Shown piece after piece: positions 9,224-20,418 of a stretch of 64,000 bases of DNA. The position numbers and the translations under genes are program-made. This DNA is from Thermoplasmata archaeon. Its GTDB lineage: Archaea > Thermoplasmatota > Thermoplasmata > RBG-16-68-12. Where the stretch lies: positions 2,073 to 66,072 of the forward strand of contig DASQGG010000027.1 in NCBI GenBank assembly GCA_035632695.1, written 5' to 3'. The notes below the pieces were generated by a model. It saw only the letters and a list, made by a program, of their open reading frames with translations. It ran no database searches and had not been told where the DNA came from. Position 1 is the stretch's first letter, and each line of letters begins with the position of its first letter.

Positions 9224-9721
9224 TCACGCCCCCGCGATGACGAGGTCCCCATGGTGCTTGATGTACTCCACGAGGCCGCCCTCCTCCAAGATTCGGGCCA
9301 TGACCGCGGGCAGAGGAGGGAACGTGAGGTCGATTCCCTTCGTCCGGTCGTGGACGATTCCCTTCTCCAAGTCGACGTCCAGATCGTCGCCTTCCGCGAT
9401 CCGGTCCGTGTCGACGACGATGGCGGGCAGCCCGATGTTGATGCAGTTGCGGTAGAAGATCCGGGCGAAGGACCGGGCGAGGACCGCGCGCGTCCCCGCG
9501 AGCTTGATGATCACGGGCGCATGCTCTCGGGACGAACCCTTCCCGAAGTTCCGTCCCCCGACCACGAAGTCCCCCGGCTTCACACCCGACGCGAATTCGG
9601 GCCGAGCGTCCTCGAGCACGTGCTTCGCGAGCTCCGGCAGGTTCGAGCGGAGGTGGTAGAAGCGGCCGGGCGCGATGAGGTCCGTGGAGATGTTGTCGCC
9701 GAACTTCCAGGCCCGGCCCAT
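9224..9721 (-). CDS. leuD: Aconitase/isopropylmalate/homoaconitate dehydratase small subunit (LeuD/HacB family)
   Basis: GDNISTDLIAPG, NFGKGSSREHA, SFARIFYRNCINIG; TGATG coupling with large subunit. Confidence 0.9.
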   Translation of the reverse strand: MGRAWKFGDNISTDLIAPGRFYHLRSNLPELAKHVLEDARPEFASGVKPGDFVVGGRNFGKGSSREHAPVIIKLAGTRAVLARSFARIFYRNCINIGLPAIVVDTDRIAEGDDLDVDLEKGIVHDRTKGIDLTFPPLPAVMARILEEGGLVEYIKHHGDLVIAGA

Positions 9722-10983
9722 CACCGCACCTCCCGCGGGTCCGTGATCACGCCAAACATGGCCGTGGCGGCCGCCGTCGCCGGGGACGCCAGGTACGTGA
9801 AGGCGGCGGGGTTTCCCATCCGCCCGACGTAGTTCCGGTTCGTCGTGGACAGGACGTTCTCGCCGTCGCCCGGGATGCCTAGGTGGACGCCGGGGCAGGC
9901 ACCGCAGCCGGGCGATTGGATCGTCGCACCCGCGTCGAGGAGGATTTCGAACAGACCTTCCTTCATGGATCGCGCGTACGCCTCCTTGGAGGCGGGGACC
10001 ACGATGAGCCGTGTGCCCTCCGCGACCTTCTCGCCCTTCATGTAGTCGCAGAACACCTGGATGTCCTCGTAGCGCGCGTTCGTGCAGGAGCCCAGGTACA
10101 CCTGCTGAATCTTGAGCCCCTTCACGCTCGGGTCCGTCACGGGCACCACGTTGTCCTCCTGGGGCGGCCGGGCCACCATGGGATCCAGGTCGCCCGCGTC
10201 GTACGGATGGACGGCCTCGTACCCGGCATCCTCGTCCGGGCGGATCTCCTTCCAATCCCCCTCCCGGCCGTGCTCGCGCAGGTACCGCTTCGTCTCCTGG
10301 TCCGACGGCTGCGGGCCGCACTTGCCGCCGCCTTCGATGGCCATGTTCGAGAGGACCATGCGCTCCGTCATGGGCATCGCGGCCCACGCCGGGCCGCCCC
10401 ACTCCATGGCCTTGTACGTGGCGCCGTCCGTCTTGATGTCCCCGAGCACGCGGAGGATGAGGTCCTTGGAGAACACGCCCTTGTGGAACTTCCCGCGGAC
10501 CTCGAACTTGAGCGTCTCGGGCACCCGAAGCCAGGTCTTGCCCAGGGCCAGGGCGACCGCCACGTCCGTGGACCCCATGCCCGTCGCGAAGGCGCCCATG
10601 GCACCGCCCATCACGCTGTGACTGTCCGCGCCGATGACCACGTCCCACGGCCGGACGTACTTCTCGAACGCGACTTGGTGGCACACGCCTTGCCCGACGT
10701 CGGAGAGGATCATGCCCGTCTTGGCGGCAAAGTCCCGCAGGTAGACGTGGTCCGTCGCGAGCTCCCGTCGCGGAGGCGGGCTCGAATGGTCGATGAAGAC
10801 GACGGACCGCTGCGGGTTCGCCGCCTTGATGAGGTTCATCTGTTCCATCATGCGGAACGTGAGCGGCCCCGTGCCGTCCTGGACGTACGCGAGATCCACC
10901 TTGGCGATCGTGGTGTCTCCCGCGCGGACGGGATGGCCGGAGGCGCGCGAGAGTACCTTCTCAACAAGGGTTTTCCCCGGCAT
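9721..10983 (-). CDS. leuC: Aconitase/isopropylmalate/homoaconitate dehydratase large subunit (LeuC/HacA family)
   Basis: GADSHS, GSCTNAR, PGCGACPG [4Fe-4S] ligands, STTNRNYVGRMG. Confidence 0.9.
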   Translation of the reverse strand: MPGKTLVEKVLSRASGHPVRAGDTTIAKVDLAYVQDGTGPLTFRMMEQMNLIKAANPQRSVVFIDHSSPPPRRELATDHVYLRDFAAKTGMILSDVGQGVCHQVAFEKYVRPWDVVIGADSHSVMGGAMGAFATGMGSTDVAVALALGKTWLRVPETLKFEVRGKFHKGVFSKDLILRVLGDIKTDGATYKAMEWGGPAWAAMPMTERMVLSNMAIEGGGKCGPQPSDQETKRYLREHGREGDWKEIRPDEDAGYEAVHPYDAGDLDPMVARPPQEDNVVPVTDPSVKGLKIQQVYLGSCTNARYEDIQVFCDYMKGEKVAEGTRLIVVPASKEAYARSMKEGLFEILLDAGATIQSPGCGACPGVHLGIPGDGENVLSTTNRNYVGRMGNPAAFTYLASPATAAATAMFGVITDPREVR

Positions 10984-11089
10984 GCCTTCCACCGTCGTGT
11001 GGTGGGGTCCACTAAGCTCGCTGTGCTATTAAAAGTACGGGGTGGGGTCCTCCGAACTTGGTGCGCACACGAACGGATTTCGGCGGGGA

Positions 11090-11977
11090 TCACAGAGACA
11101 GGGCGAGCGGCACGAGCGCGTCCGCCACGACGGCCAGCAGGATCAACGCGAGGTAGATTCCCGAGAACTTGTATCCGGCCCAGGCCCGCTCCTTCGTCGG
11201 TTCCCGGAGGAAGCGGAGGGTGAGGTACAGGAGTACCGCGCCCAGCGCGAGGGAGGCCACGACGTACGCGTCGTGGAACGCGTCCGTGAAGATGAACGCG
11301 ATGCTCGTGACCGCGACGATTGCGGAGGACGCGCCGATCGCACGCGCGGAGGTCCCCGCGTCCCTGACCGCCGGCAGCATGGGGAGGCCCGCGCGCCGGT
11401 AGTCGTCCTGGTTCCGGAAGGCGAGGGCCCAGAAGTGGCCCGGGGTCCAGAGGAATACGAGGAGCGCGATGAGGGCCGCGGGAAGGCTGATCCCATTCGC
11501 CGCGGCGGCCGATCCCGCGAGCGCCGGGCACGAGCCCGCAAAGCCTCCAATCACGATGTTGCTCACGTGCGTCCGTTTGAGGCCCAGCGTGTACACGCCG
11601 ACGTACACGACGAAACCGAGCCCAATCATCGCCGCAGTCAGCGGGTTGATCGTGAGGTATGCGAGGCCGAGAGACGCCGCGGTGAGTCCCAGGCCGAATG
11701 TGAGCGCACGGGTCGCGGGATCGATTCGATGGGCGGGTAGGGGCCGCGTCGACGTGCGTCGCATGACCGCATCGATGTCCCGGTCGATGTAATGATTCAC
11801 CGCACTTGCCCCGCTGGAGGCGAGGAGGCCCGAGACCATGAGCAGGCCGAAGGCCACCGGGTCGATGCGGGGGCCGCTCGTCGCGATGTACCCCGCCGCG
11901 GCGACGAGCAGCAGGAGCGCGTCGATCCGCAGCTTCATCAGTTGGACGTAGTCATCCAGGGACAAGTTCGGTCGCAA
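11090..11977 (-). CDS. cyoE: Protoheme IX farnesyltransferase (heme o synthase)
   Basis: NHYIDRDIDAVMRRTSTRPLP, YTLGLKR, FLWTPGHFWALA, DYRRAGLPMLP. Confidence 0.93.
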   Translation of the reverse strand: MRPNLSLDDYVQLMKLRIDALLLLVAAAGYIATSGPRIDPVAFGLLMVSGLLASSGASAVNHYIDRDIDAVMRRTSTRPLPAHRIDPATRALTFGLGLTAASLGLAYLTINPLTAAMIGLGFVVYVGVYTLGLKRTHVSNIVIGGFAGSCPALAGSAAAANGISLPAALIALLVFLWTPGHFWALAFRNQDDYRRAGLPMLPAVRDAGTSARAIGASSAIVAVTSIAFIFTDAFHDAYVVASLALGAVLLYLTLRFLREPTKERAWAGYKFSGIYLALILLAVVADALVPLALSL

Positions 11978-12012
11978 GTCGCGCCAAACCCCTTGCGGTT
12001 CTTAACCCTTTG

Positions 12013-12720
12013 TTACGAAGCCCCTTTTCGAGTTCCCGTCTTTGTACGCGCGACCAACCTGCGTCCGTGCGTGCGGTACCAGTCGCATTCGCGGCGCACC
12101 GGGCAGGCGTCGCAGCGGGGATCTCGTGCCTTGCAGAGTTCGCGGCCATGGGCAATGATCGCGAGGTGCCATGCTTTTCGCTTCGCGGGCGGCGTCCATG
12201 CCTCGAGTCTCGCTCGGGTCGCTTCGTAGTCCCTTCGTGGGACCAAACTCCAGCGGTGGGCGATCCGCGCGATGTGCGTGTCCACCGGGAACGTGGGATG
12301 GTTTGCTGCCATGGAGAGGACCACGTCCGCGGTCTTCGGCCCGACGCCCGGGAGGGTCCTCAGCTCGCGTCGCGCGTCCGGGGTCGGCAGGCGCAGGACG
12401 ACCTCCAAGGACCCTCCCCAACGGGCAATCACCTCTCGGGCGCAAGCCCGGATTCGCGGCGCCTTCTGGCCCGCGAGTCCGGCGTGCCAGATGGCCTCCC
12501 GGATCGTCGGCAGGGGTGCAACCGCGACGGAGCCGGGCGTGATTTCTCCCAGGGCGCGGCGCAACCCGTCGAGCCCGAGTCGTTCGTTCGCGACGGTCGT
12601 GCTCTGCGAGAGAATCGTGGACACGAGAATCTCGAACGGGGTCATCCCTTCGGACCAATCCTTCATCGGGTGACGGCGCTCGAGGATGCGCATCGTGCGC
12701 TCGAACGCGGCCCGGTCCAC
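12013..12720 (-). CDS. nth: Endonuclease III (HhH-GPD glycosylase/lyase)
   Basis: ILSQST, LPGVGPKTA, FPVDTH, C-terminal CKARDPRCDACPVRREC. Confidence 0.9.
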   Translation of the reverse strand: MDRAAFERTMRILERRHPMKDWSEGMTPFEILVSTILSQSTTVANERLGLDGLRRALGEITPGSVAVAPLPTIREAIWHAGLAGQKAPRIRACAREVIARWGGSLEVVLRLPTPDARRELRTLPGVGPKTADVVLSMAANHPTFPVDTHIARIAHRWSLVPRRDYEATRARLEAWTPPAKRKAWHLAIIAHGRELCKARDPRCDACPVRRECDWYRTHGRRLVARTKTGTRKGAS

Positions 12721-12759
12721 GGGCTCTGTAGACCCTGCAGCGGGATAAAGTCCTGGGCG

Positions 12760-13602
12760 TCAACCGCTGACGAACGACCGCACCATGGTGATGATGTTCC
12801 GCGGCCGCTCCCGGAGCCGGCGGGTGAAGTACGGCAGCCAGGTCGGGCCGTAGGGGATGTACTCGGTGACCCGATGGCCCTGGGACACCAGCTCCAGCTT
12901 GAGCGGATCCCGCACCCCTTGCAGCATCGCGAACTCGAAGGGGACGTCCGGATGGGCCTTCGAGAGCTCGAGGGCGCGGTCAATCATGCGCCCGTCGTGG
13001 CTCGCGACGGCAAAGTGCCGCCCCTTGGCGAACAGGGTCTCGAGGTGACGCAGGTACGCCCGGTCGATCTCCGCGCGGCTTGTGAACGCGACGTCCGGCG
13101 TTTCCTTGTACGCGCCCTTGACGAGCCGGATTCGGGCGCCCAGGGGGAGAAGCTGCTCGAGGTCGTCCGCAGTCCGGCGGATGTTCGCCTGGAGGCAGAG
13201 CCCCACTTGGTCGTAGCGTCGGCGGAGGTTCTCGTAGATCCAGACCGTGTCCGCGATCGTGGACGCAGCTTCCATGTCAACCCAGAAGATCCGTCCCCAC
13301 GCCTTCGTGGCGTCCAGGACGGGAACGATCTGCGAGAGCGCGTATGCCCGGTCGATGAAGATCCCAAACTGGGTGGGTTTGATGCTCACGTCGCCGTCCA
13401 CCCGGGCCGCCCGGAGCTTGGCCACGAGGTGGATGTACTCCTGAACGGTCGCCTCCACGGGTGCCTTCTCGCGGTAGTGCTCCCCCAGGTGGTTCACGAG
13501 GGCATGGATGCCGCGGCGGTTGGCATCGAGGGCGACGCGGACCGCGTCGTCCATGGTCTCCCCCGCGACCCACTGGCGGGCGAATCGGATGAGGAGCCCC
13601 AT
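12760..13602 (-). CDS. Monofunctional proline dehydrogenase
   Basis: WVAGET, SIKPTQFG, VDME, RLVKGAY, ASHD, YIPYG..W..YF.RRL.ERP. Confidence 0.92.
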   Translation of the reverse strand: MGLLIRFARQWVAGETMDDAVRVALDANRRGIHALVNHLGEHYREKAPVEATVQEYIHLVAKLRAARVDGDVSIKPTQFGIFIDRAYALSQIVPVLDATKAWGRIFWVDMEAASTIADTVWIYENLRRRYDQVGLCLQANIRRTADDLEQLLPLGARIRLVKGAYKETPDVAFTSRAEIDRAYLRHLETLFAKGRHFAVASHDGRMIDRALELSKAHPDVPFEFAMLQGVRDPLKLELVSQGHRVTEYIPYGPTWLPYFTRRLRERPRNIITMVRSFVSG

Positions 13603-13662
13603 GGTGGCAGGGATTTCCCGGCTTCGCTCAAATAGGTTCCGAATGGACGCGATTCCGCGCTC

Positions 13663-14163
13663 TCAGATGGGCTTGCCGCACGCGAGACAGAACCTCGCCT
13701 CCTCGGGATTCAGGTGACTGCAGGAGCGACAGCGCACCATGACGCCGGTCGTCTGCAGCGCCTCACGCCCGCGCACGGTGTCCGCCGACGAGCCCGAGCC
13801 CGCGACGGCGCCGAACAGGAGGAAGAGCCACCAGAGGCGCACCATCCAGCCGCCGACGCCCGCAAGGACGCCGCCGACCACGAAGAGCATGATCGCGCCG
13901 AAGAATCCGCCGAAGAAACCCGTGACCGAGAAGCTCGAGCTCAGGGCGTTGTTCAGGATTCCCGTGATGAAGCTGAACATGGCGTACAGGATGATCAGGA
14001 TGCCCGCGATGAGGAGGACGGCGCCCACGGCGAGGACCGTCACGGCGCCCCAGCCGAACGGCAGGGAAGGCGCGCCTCTCCGGTTTCGGGTCGCGGCGTA
14101 GGCAGCGAGCGGTAGGGCCATGGTGGTGGGTTCCCGGCCCGTCCCCGTGGGACGAGGTCCCAT
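13663..14163 (-). CDS. Membrane protein with C-terminal zinc ribbon
   Basis: Hydrophobic helices followed by CRSC...FCLACG; start could be 14121. Confidence 0.7.
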   Translation of the reverse strand: MGPRPTGTGREPTTMALPLAAYAATRNRRGAPSLPFGWGAVTVLAVGAVLLIAGILIILYAMFSFITGILNNALSSSFSVTGFFGGFFGAIMLFVVGGVLAGVGGWMVRLWWLFLLFGAVAGSGSSADTVRGREALQTTGVMVRCRSCSHLNPEEARFCLACGKPI

Positions 14164-14232
14164 GGCCTTCGGTCTGCCTCCTCATAAAAACATCGCTGGC
14201 GTTCCCAAGGTTGGTACTCAGGCCGCTCGGGG

Positions 14233-14640
14233 TCACCGGAGGTCCGGGCGCGCGACCACGGTCTCCGCGAACAGGACGCCCTTCACGGTCCGCAGACGGT
14301 CTGCGAGCTCCGCGACCTGCCTCGAATCGCCCTCGACGATGAGGACCTCGAGGCACGTCTCCTCGTTCAGGTGCGTGTGGGCCGTCGCGCGGATCGTGTC
14401 CAAGAAGTCGTGCTGGCGATGCAGGACGCGGTGGGTCACCATGCCCACATCGTGGCGGTACACGATCGTGATCGTGCCCACGACCGAGCCTCCGGCCTCG
14501 ATGCGGCGCCGGACGAGGCCCTTCCGGATGAGTTCCCGGAGCGCCTCTGAGCGGCTCGCGTACCCCTTCTCCCGCACTACGTCGTCCAGTTCCCGGAGGA
14601 GGGGCGCCTCCAGGGACACGCCAATCCGTTCCACGGCCAT
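14233..14640 (-). CDS. nikR: Nickel-responsive transcriptional regulator NikR
   Basis: RHH N-terminus (RIGVSL...GYASRSEALRELIR), QHD and HTHLNEETCLEV Ni-site residues. Confidence 0.95.
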   Translation of the reverse strand: MAVERIGVSLEAPLLRELDDVVREKGYASRSEALRELIRKGLVRRRIEAGGSVVGTITIVYRHDVGMVTHRVLHRQHDFLDTIRATAHTHLNEETCLEVLIVEGDSRQVAELADRLRTVKGVLFAETVVARPDLR

Positions 14641-14673
14641 GTGTTACTCCCCAGGGGATGACGTGTTACTCCC
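14641..14673. promoter_or_regulatory. Two direct copies of GTGTTACTCCC in front of nikR (candidate autoregulatory half-sites)
   Basis: Identical 11-mers at 14641 and 14663, each containing GTGTTAC. Confidence 0.5.
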
Positions 14674-14730
14674 TCATCAAATCAGCGTCCCGCGCGCTCC
14701 TCGAACCGCCAAACCCTTATCCGGCACGCC

Positions 14731-14757
14731 GTGTTACGCGCAATATAGGCGTCATAC
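14731..14757. promoter_or_regulatory. Candidate NikR operator GTGTTAC-N13-GTCATAC
   Basis: Pseudo-palindrome resembling GTATGAC...GTCATAC NikR sites, between the CCTTATC TATA-like box and the permease start. Confidence 0.7.
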
Positions 14758-14758
14758 T

Positions 14759-15823
14759 GTGAGCAGCCGCACTCCCGTCGACCGTCTCTCCGACGCCCCG
14801 CGCGCGACATCCGCCCGGTCCCGCGGCGCGATTCTGATTCTCTATTCTGTGATTGCGCTGGCGACCGTCTTGGGTTTCGTGGCCTCGTTCCTGATAGGCC
14901 AGCAATATCCGGTCCTCGCGGGCCTGGGGGTCACGGCCTACGTTCTAGGCCTGCGCCACGGCTTCGACGCGGACCACATCGCCGCGATCGACAACACGAC
15001 GCGGAAGCTCATGCACGAGCGCAGGCCGACCGCGTCCGTGGGGACTTGGTTCTCCCTCGGCCACTCAACCGTGGTCGTGGCGATGATCGTGGCGCTGACC
15101 CTGTCCGTCGGCTACATCCGGGACCAGATCCCCGCGTTCAAGAGCGCCGGCTCCATTCTGGGCGCGGCCGTTGCGGGCGTATTCCTCTGGCTCATCGGCC
15201 TCATGAACCTCCTCATCGTGTTCGAAATCTACCGGATTTTCCGCAGCCTGCGCGAGGGGAAGCTCGACGAAGCCCATCTGGAGGAAGCCCTCGACAAGCG
15301 GGGCTTCCTGCACCGGTACTTCGGGAGGCTCTTCGGGATGGTCCGGAGGGCGTGGCAGATCTACCCGATCGGCGTGCTCTTCGGCCTCGGGTTCGACACG
15401 GCGAGCGAGATCGCGCTCATCGCGGTGACCGTCGTGGTCGCGACGAGCTCCGCGGCTCCTCTGTGGATGATCCTGCTCCTGCCGTTCCTGTTCGCGTGCG
15501 GCATGGTCTTGGTCGACACCTCGGACTCCGTCGTCATGACGTACGCGTACGGTTGGGCGTTCCGCCGGCCGATGCGGAAGGTCTACTACAACCTCACCGT
15601 GACGATCATCTCGATCCTCGTGGCGTTCCTGATCGGTACGATCGAGCTTCTGTCCGTCGTCGTCAACAGCCTCGGACTGACCGGCGGGCTCTGGTCCACG
15701 TTGGGAAATGTGGACTTCACGACCATCGGTGTCGCCATCGTCCTTATCTTCGTGGGCTCATGGGGTTTCTCCGTCGCTTACTATCGGTACAAACGGTACG
15801 ACGAGATCCCCGCGGGCGCTTAG
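14759..15823 (+). CDS. NiCoT (HoxN/HupN/NixA) family nickel/cobalt permease
   Basis: GLRHGFDADHIAAIDNTTRKL, FSLGHSTVV, GLGFDTASE signatures; GTG start inferred. Confidence 0.93.
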   Translation: MSSRTPVDRLSDAPRATSARSRGAILILYSVIALATVLGFVASFLIGQQYPVLAGLGVTAYVLGLRHGFDADHIAAIDNTTRKLMHERRPTASVGTWFSLGHSTVVVAMIVALTLSVGYIRDQIPAFKSAGSILGAAVAGVFLWLIGLMNLLIVFEIYRIFRSLREGKLDEAHLEEALDKRGFLHRYFGRLFGMVRRAWQIYPIGVLFGLGFDTASEIALIAVTVVVATSSAAPLWMILLLPFLFACGMVLVDTSDSVVMTYAYGWAFRRPMRKVYYNLTVTIISILVAFLIGTIELLSVVVNSLGLTGGLWSTLGNVDFTTIGVAIVLIFVGSWGFSVAYYRYKRYDEIPAGA

Positions 15824-15892
15824 GCGTGCAGCGGTCCTCGTCAGGTCGATTCGTGCAACCCCTTAAAACCAACCGTCGTCCTCTTTCCCACG

Positions 15893-16387
15893 ATGGACTA
15901 CGCGAAGCAGCTCGACCGGGCTCGGAGCCTTGCGGATCTGTTCGAGCTCGTCAAGCGCGGCGTGTCCGCGGTCGTGGGCCGCAATCGGGCCGGCCTCATG
16001 CTCGCCCTCGCCGATCTGGGCAATCATCCGCAGGGATTCCTGGGGGCGTTCTATCCGGTCGCGACGAACGTGATCGTGATGAACAAGGTCCCGCTCCTGC
16101 GCATCCAAGAGACGAACCCGGAGCTCTACAAGCCCTACGCGTTCTACGTGCTCCTTCACGAGTACCTTCACTCCGTCGGGTTCGTCGACGAGCTCGTGTG
16201 CCGCGACCGGGCCCGCGCGATCGCAGAAACCCTCTTCGGCCCGAGCCACTTAGTCACTCGGATCTCCCAGGATTTCTCCCAGTTCTTCCCGAGCCTCGTG
16301 TTCCCGGACGCGGCCTGGCAGCCCCAGGAACTGCGCCTCGAGTTCGTCCCAGACTTCGACCGCGGGTCCGCGTCGTATTTCGCCTAG
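15893..16387 (+). CDS. Hypothetical zincin-like protein (HExxH)
   Basis: VLLHEYLHSVG motif; own TATA-like box (CCTTAAAA). Confidence 0.7.
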   Translation: MDYAKQLDRARSLADLFELVKRGVSAVVGRNRAGLMLALADLGNHPQGFLGAFYPVATNVIVMNKVPLLRIQETNPELYKPYAFYVLLHEYLHSVGFVDELVCRDRARAIAETLFGPSHLVTRISQDFSQFFPSLVFPDAAWQPQELRLEFVPDFDRGSASYFA

Positions 16388-16396
16388 GTCAATGAT

Positions 16397-16572
16397 GTCA
16401 TGGCGTCCGCGACCGGATCTCCAGGGGACGCCTGAACCCCGCGGTCACATCCGGGGCCCTCGTGGGCCGTCAGATCCCGCTTCGCTTCGCCGTCGCCTAC
16501 CGAGTATCCCAGGCCCTCGGAGGCGTCAGCGGGGCCGGCACGCTCGCGGTCATCCTCCGCAGGAGAACTTGA
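16397..16572 (+). pseudogene. Aquaporin (MIP family) remnant
   Basis: VMASATG, frameshift, ISRGRLNPAVTSGALVGRQIPLRFAVAYRVSQALGGVSGAGTLAVIL: first NPA loop plus next helix. Confidence 0.75.
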
Positions 16573-16586
16573 CAACCGGTGTTCGA

Positions 16587-18992
<2,406 letters not shown>

Positions 18993-19000
18993 CGGCGTGT

Positions 19001-19211
19001 GGCGCGCGGGTCGTCAGCGAGGATGAGCAGCTGATGTACTTGGTGCTCCGCGAGCACAGCGGGGCGATGATTCAGAAGGACCTCGTCGGGCATCTTCTAG
19101 AGGGCAAAGGTTAGCCGGGTCTTGGACCCGCTCGAGGCGAAACGCGTCGTCGTGAAGGAGCGCAACGGGATGACGGACCGCGTGCGGATCATCGACGGCA
19201 CAACCAAGTAG
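19001..19211 (+). pseudogene. Winged-helix DNA-binding domain remnant
   Basis: SEDEQLMYLVLREHSGAMIQKDLV, frameshift, GIF*RAKVSRVLDPLEAKRVVVKERNGMTDRVRI. Confidence 0.65.
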
Positions 19212-19298
19212 GCCTGAATGAGGAAAGCCTAAACGGTTTCCGGCGCACGACAACTACGGACAAACGTTTAAATCGGACCTGGCGGTGCCGACTTCCGC

Positions 19299-20093
19299 AT
19301 GATGCAAGGCACCGCCCCCGCCCCGGCGGCGACCCAGGCCAAGCCCGTTTTCAAGGAGGCTCCTCCCAAGTTCCGATCCGGGAGGCACACCGCGATCGTG
19401 CAGGAGGTCTTCGACATCGCGCCGAAGGCGCCGGAGACCTATCTCATTCGCTTCACGTTCGAGAACGAGCCCGTGTTCGACTTCGAACCGGGCCAGTTCA
19501 TCTCGATCTTCGCGGAGAAGGAGGGCAAGAAGATCTCCCGGCCGTACTCGATCGCCTCGTGGCCGGAGAACAAGGACTACCTCGAGCTCTGCGTCAAGGT
19601 GGTCGAAGGCGGCTTCATGTCGAACTACCTGCACCACCTCACACCGGGCACCAAGCTCGCTTCCATCGCGCCCCTCGGGCGCTTCGTCCTCCAAGAACCG
19701 CTCCTGTACGACACTCTGTTCGTGGCCACGGGGACGGGCGTCGCTCCCTTCGTCTCCCACCTGGGCCACATCTTCCAGAACCACCTGGACGACGGCCACG
19801 AGCTCCACCTCGTCTTTGGCACGCGGTACACGTACGAGCTGATCTACCACGACCTGTTCCTGAAATGGGAGCGGGAGCACCCGAACTTCCACTACTACTC
19901 GACGGTCTCCCGCCCGGAGACCCCGGACTACAAGGGCCGCGTGGGCTACGTCCAGAAGATCATCCAGAACGAGCTCAAGGACTACGCGAACAAGCAGGTC
20001 CTGATCTGCGGGCTCAACAACATGGTCGAGGACGTCCAGAACCTGTGCAAGCAGCTCGGGTTCGCCCTCGTACGGTTCGAGAAGTGGGACTGA
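19299..20093 (+). CDS. FNR-family FAD/NAD(P)-binding oxidoreductase
   Basis: FEPGQF, RPYSIAS, GGFMSNYL, VATGTGVAPF, ICGLNNMV, FEKW end. Confidence 0.88.
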   Translation: MMQGTAPAPAATQAKPVFKEAPPKFRSGRHTAIVQEVFDIAPKAPETYLIRFTFENEPVFDFEPGQFISIFAEKEGKKISRPYSIASWPENKDYLELCVKVVEGGFMSNYLHHLTPGTKLASIAPLGRFVLQEPLLYDTLFVATGTGVAPFVSHLGHIFQNHLDDGHELHLVFGTRYTYELIYHDLFLKWEREHPNFHYYSTVSRPETPDYKGRVGYVQKIIQNELKDYANKQVLICGLNNMVEDVQNLCKQLGFALVRFEKWD

Positions 20094-20097
20094 GTCC

Positions 20098-20403
20098 TCA
20101 GGCCCTCGCGCGCAGCCGCACCTTGCCGACGATCAAGTGCCGCGGCACCATCCCGAACTGACGGCTGTCCCGGCTATGCGTCATGTTGTCTCCCAAGACG
20201 AAGAACCCCGCGAGGGCGTCCCCCGACATGACCCTCTTCACAAGGAACTGCCCCGGGGCCTCGGGGTTCCTCAAGACCACGACGTCCCCTGCAATTGGCG
20301 GGCGTTTCCGATAGGCCCAGCGGCTCACGAGGACGTAGTCCCCGGAACGGAGCGCAGGCTCCATGCTGTGGTCGTCCACGCGGAAGCGGGCGAGGGGGAA
20401 CAC
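20098..20403 (-). CDS. sodX: Nickel-SOD maturation protease (S26 family)
   Basis: SMEPALRSGD (Ser), LVKRV (Lys), GDN...SRDSRQFG; immediately downstream of sodN. Confidence 0.9.
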   Translation of the reverse strand: MFPLARFRVDDHSMEPALRSGDYVLVSRWAYRKRPPIAGDVVVLRNPEAPGQFLVKRVMSGDALAGFFVLGDNMTHSRDSRQFGMVPRHLIVGKVRLRARA

Positions 20404-20418
20404 GGGCCCCGGATGCGC

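Noticed and set aside
14120..14758. N-terminal extension of the NiCoT ORF in the track
   Set aside because: Antisense to nikR; permease similarity and promoter position favour a start at 14759
16388..16440. C/D-box sRNA (ATGATG...CTGA)
   Set aside because: C box is imperfect and the region is better explained as an aquaporin remnant
19098..19100. In-frame TAG as pyrrolysine readthrough
   Set aside because: The fragment also has a frameshift and no start; no pyl genes seen
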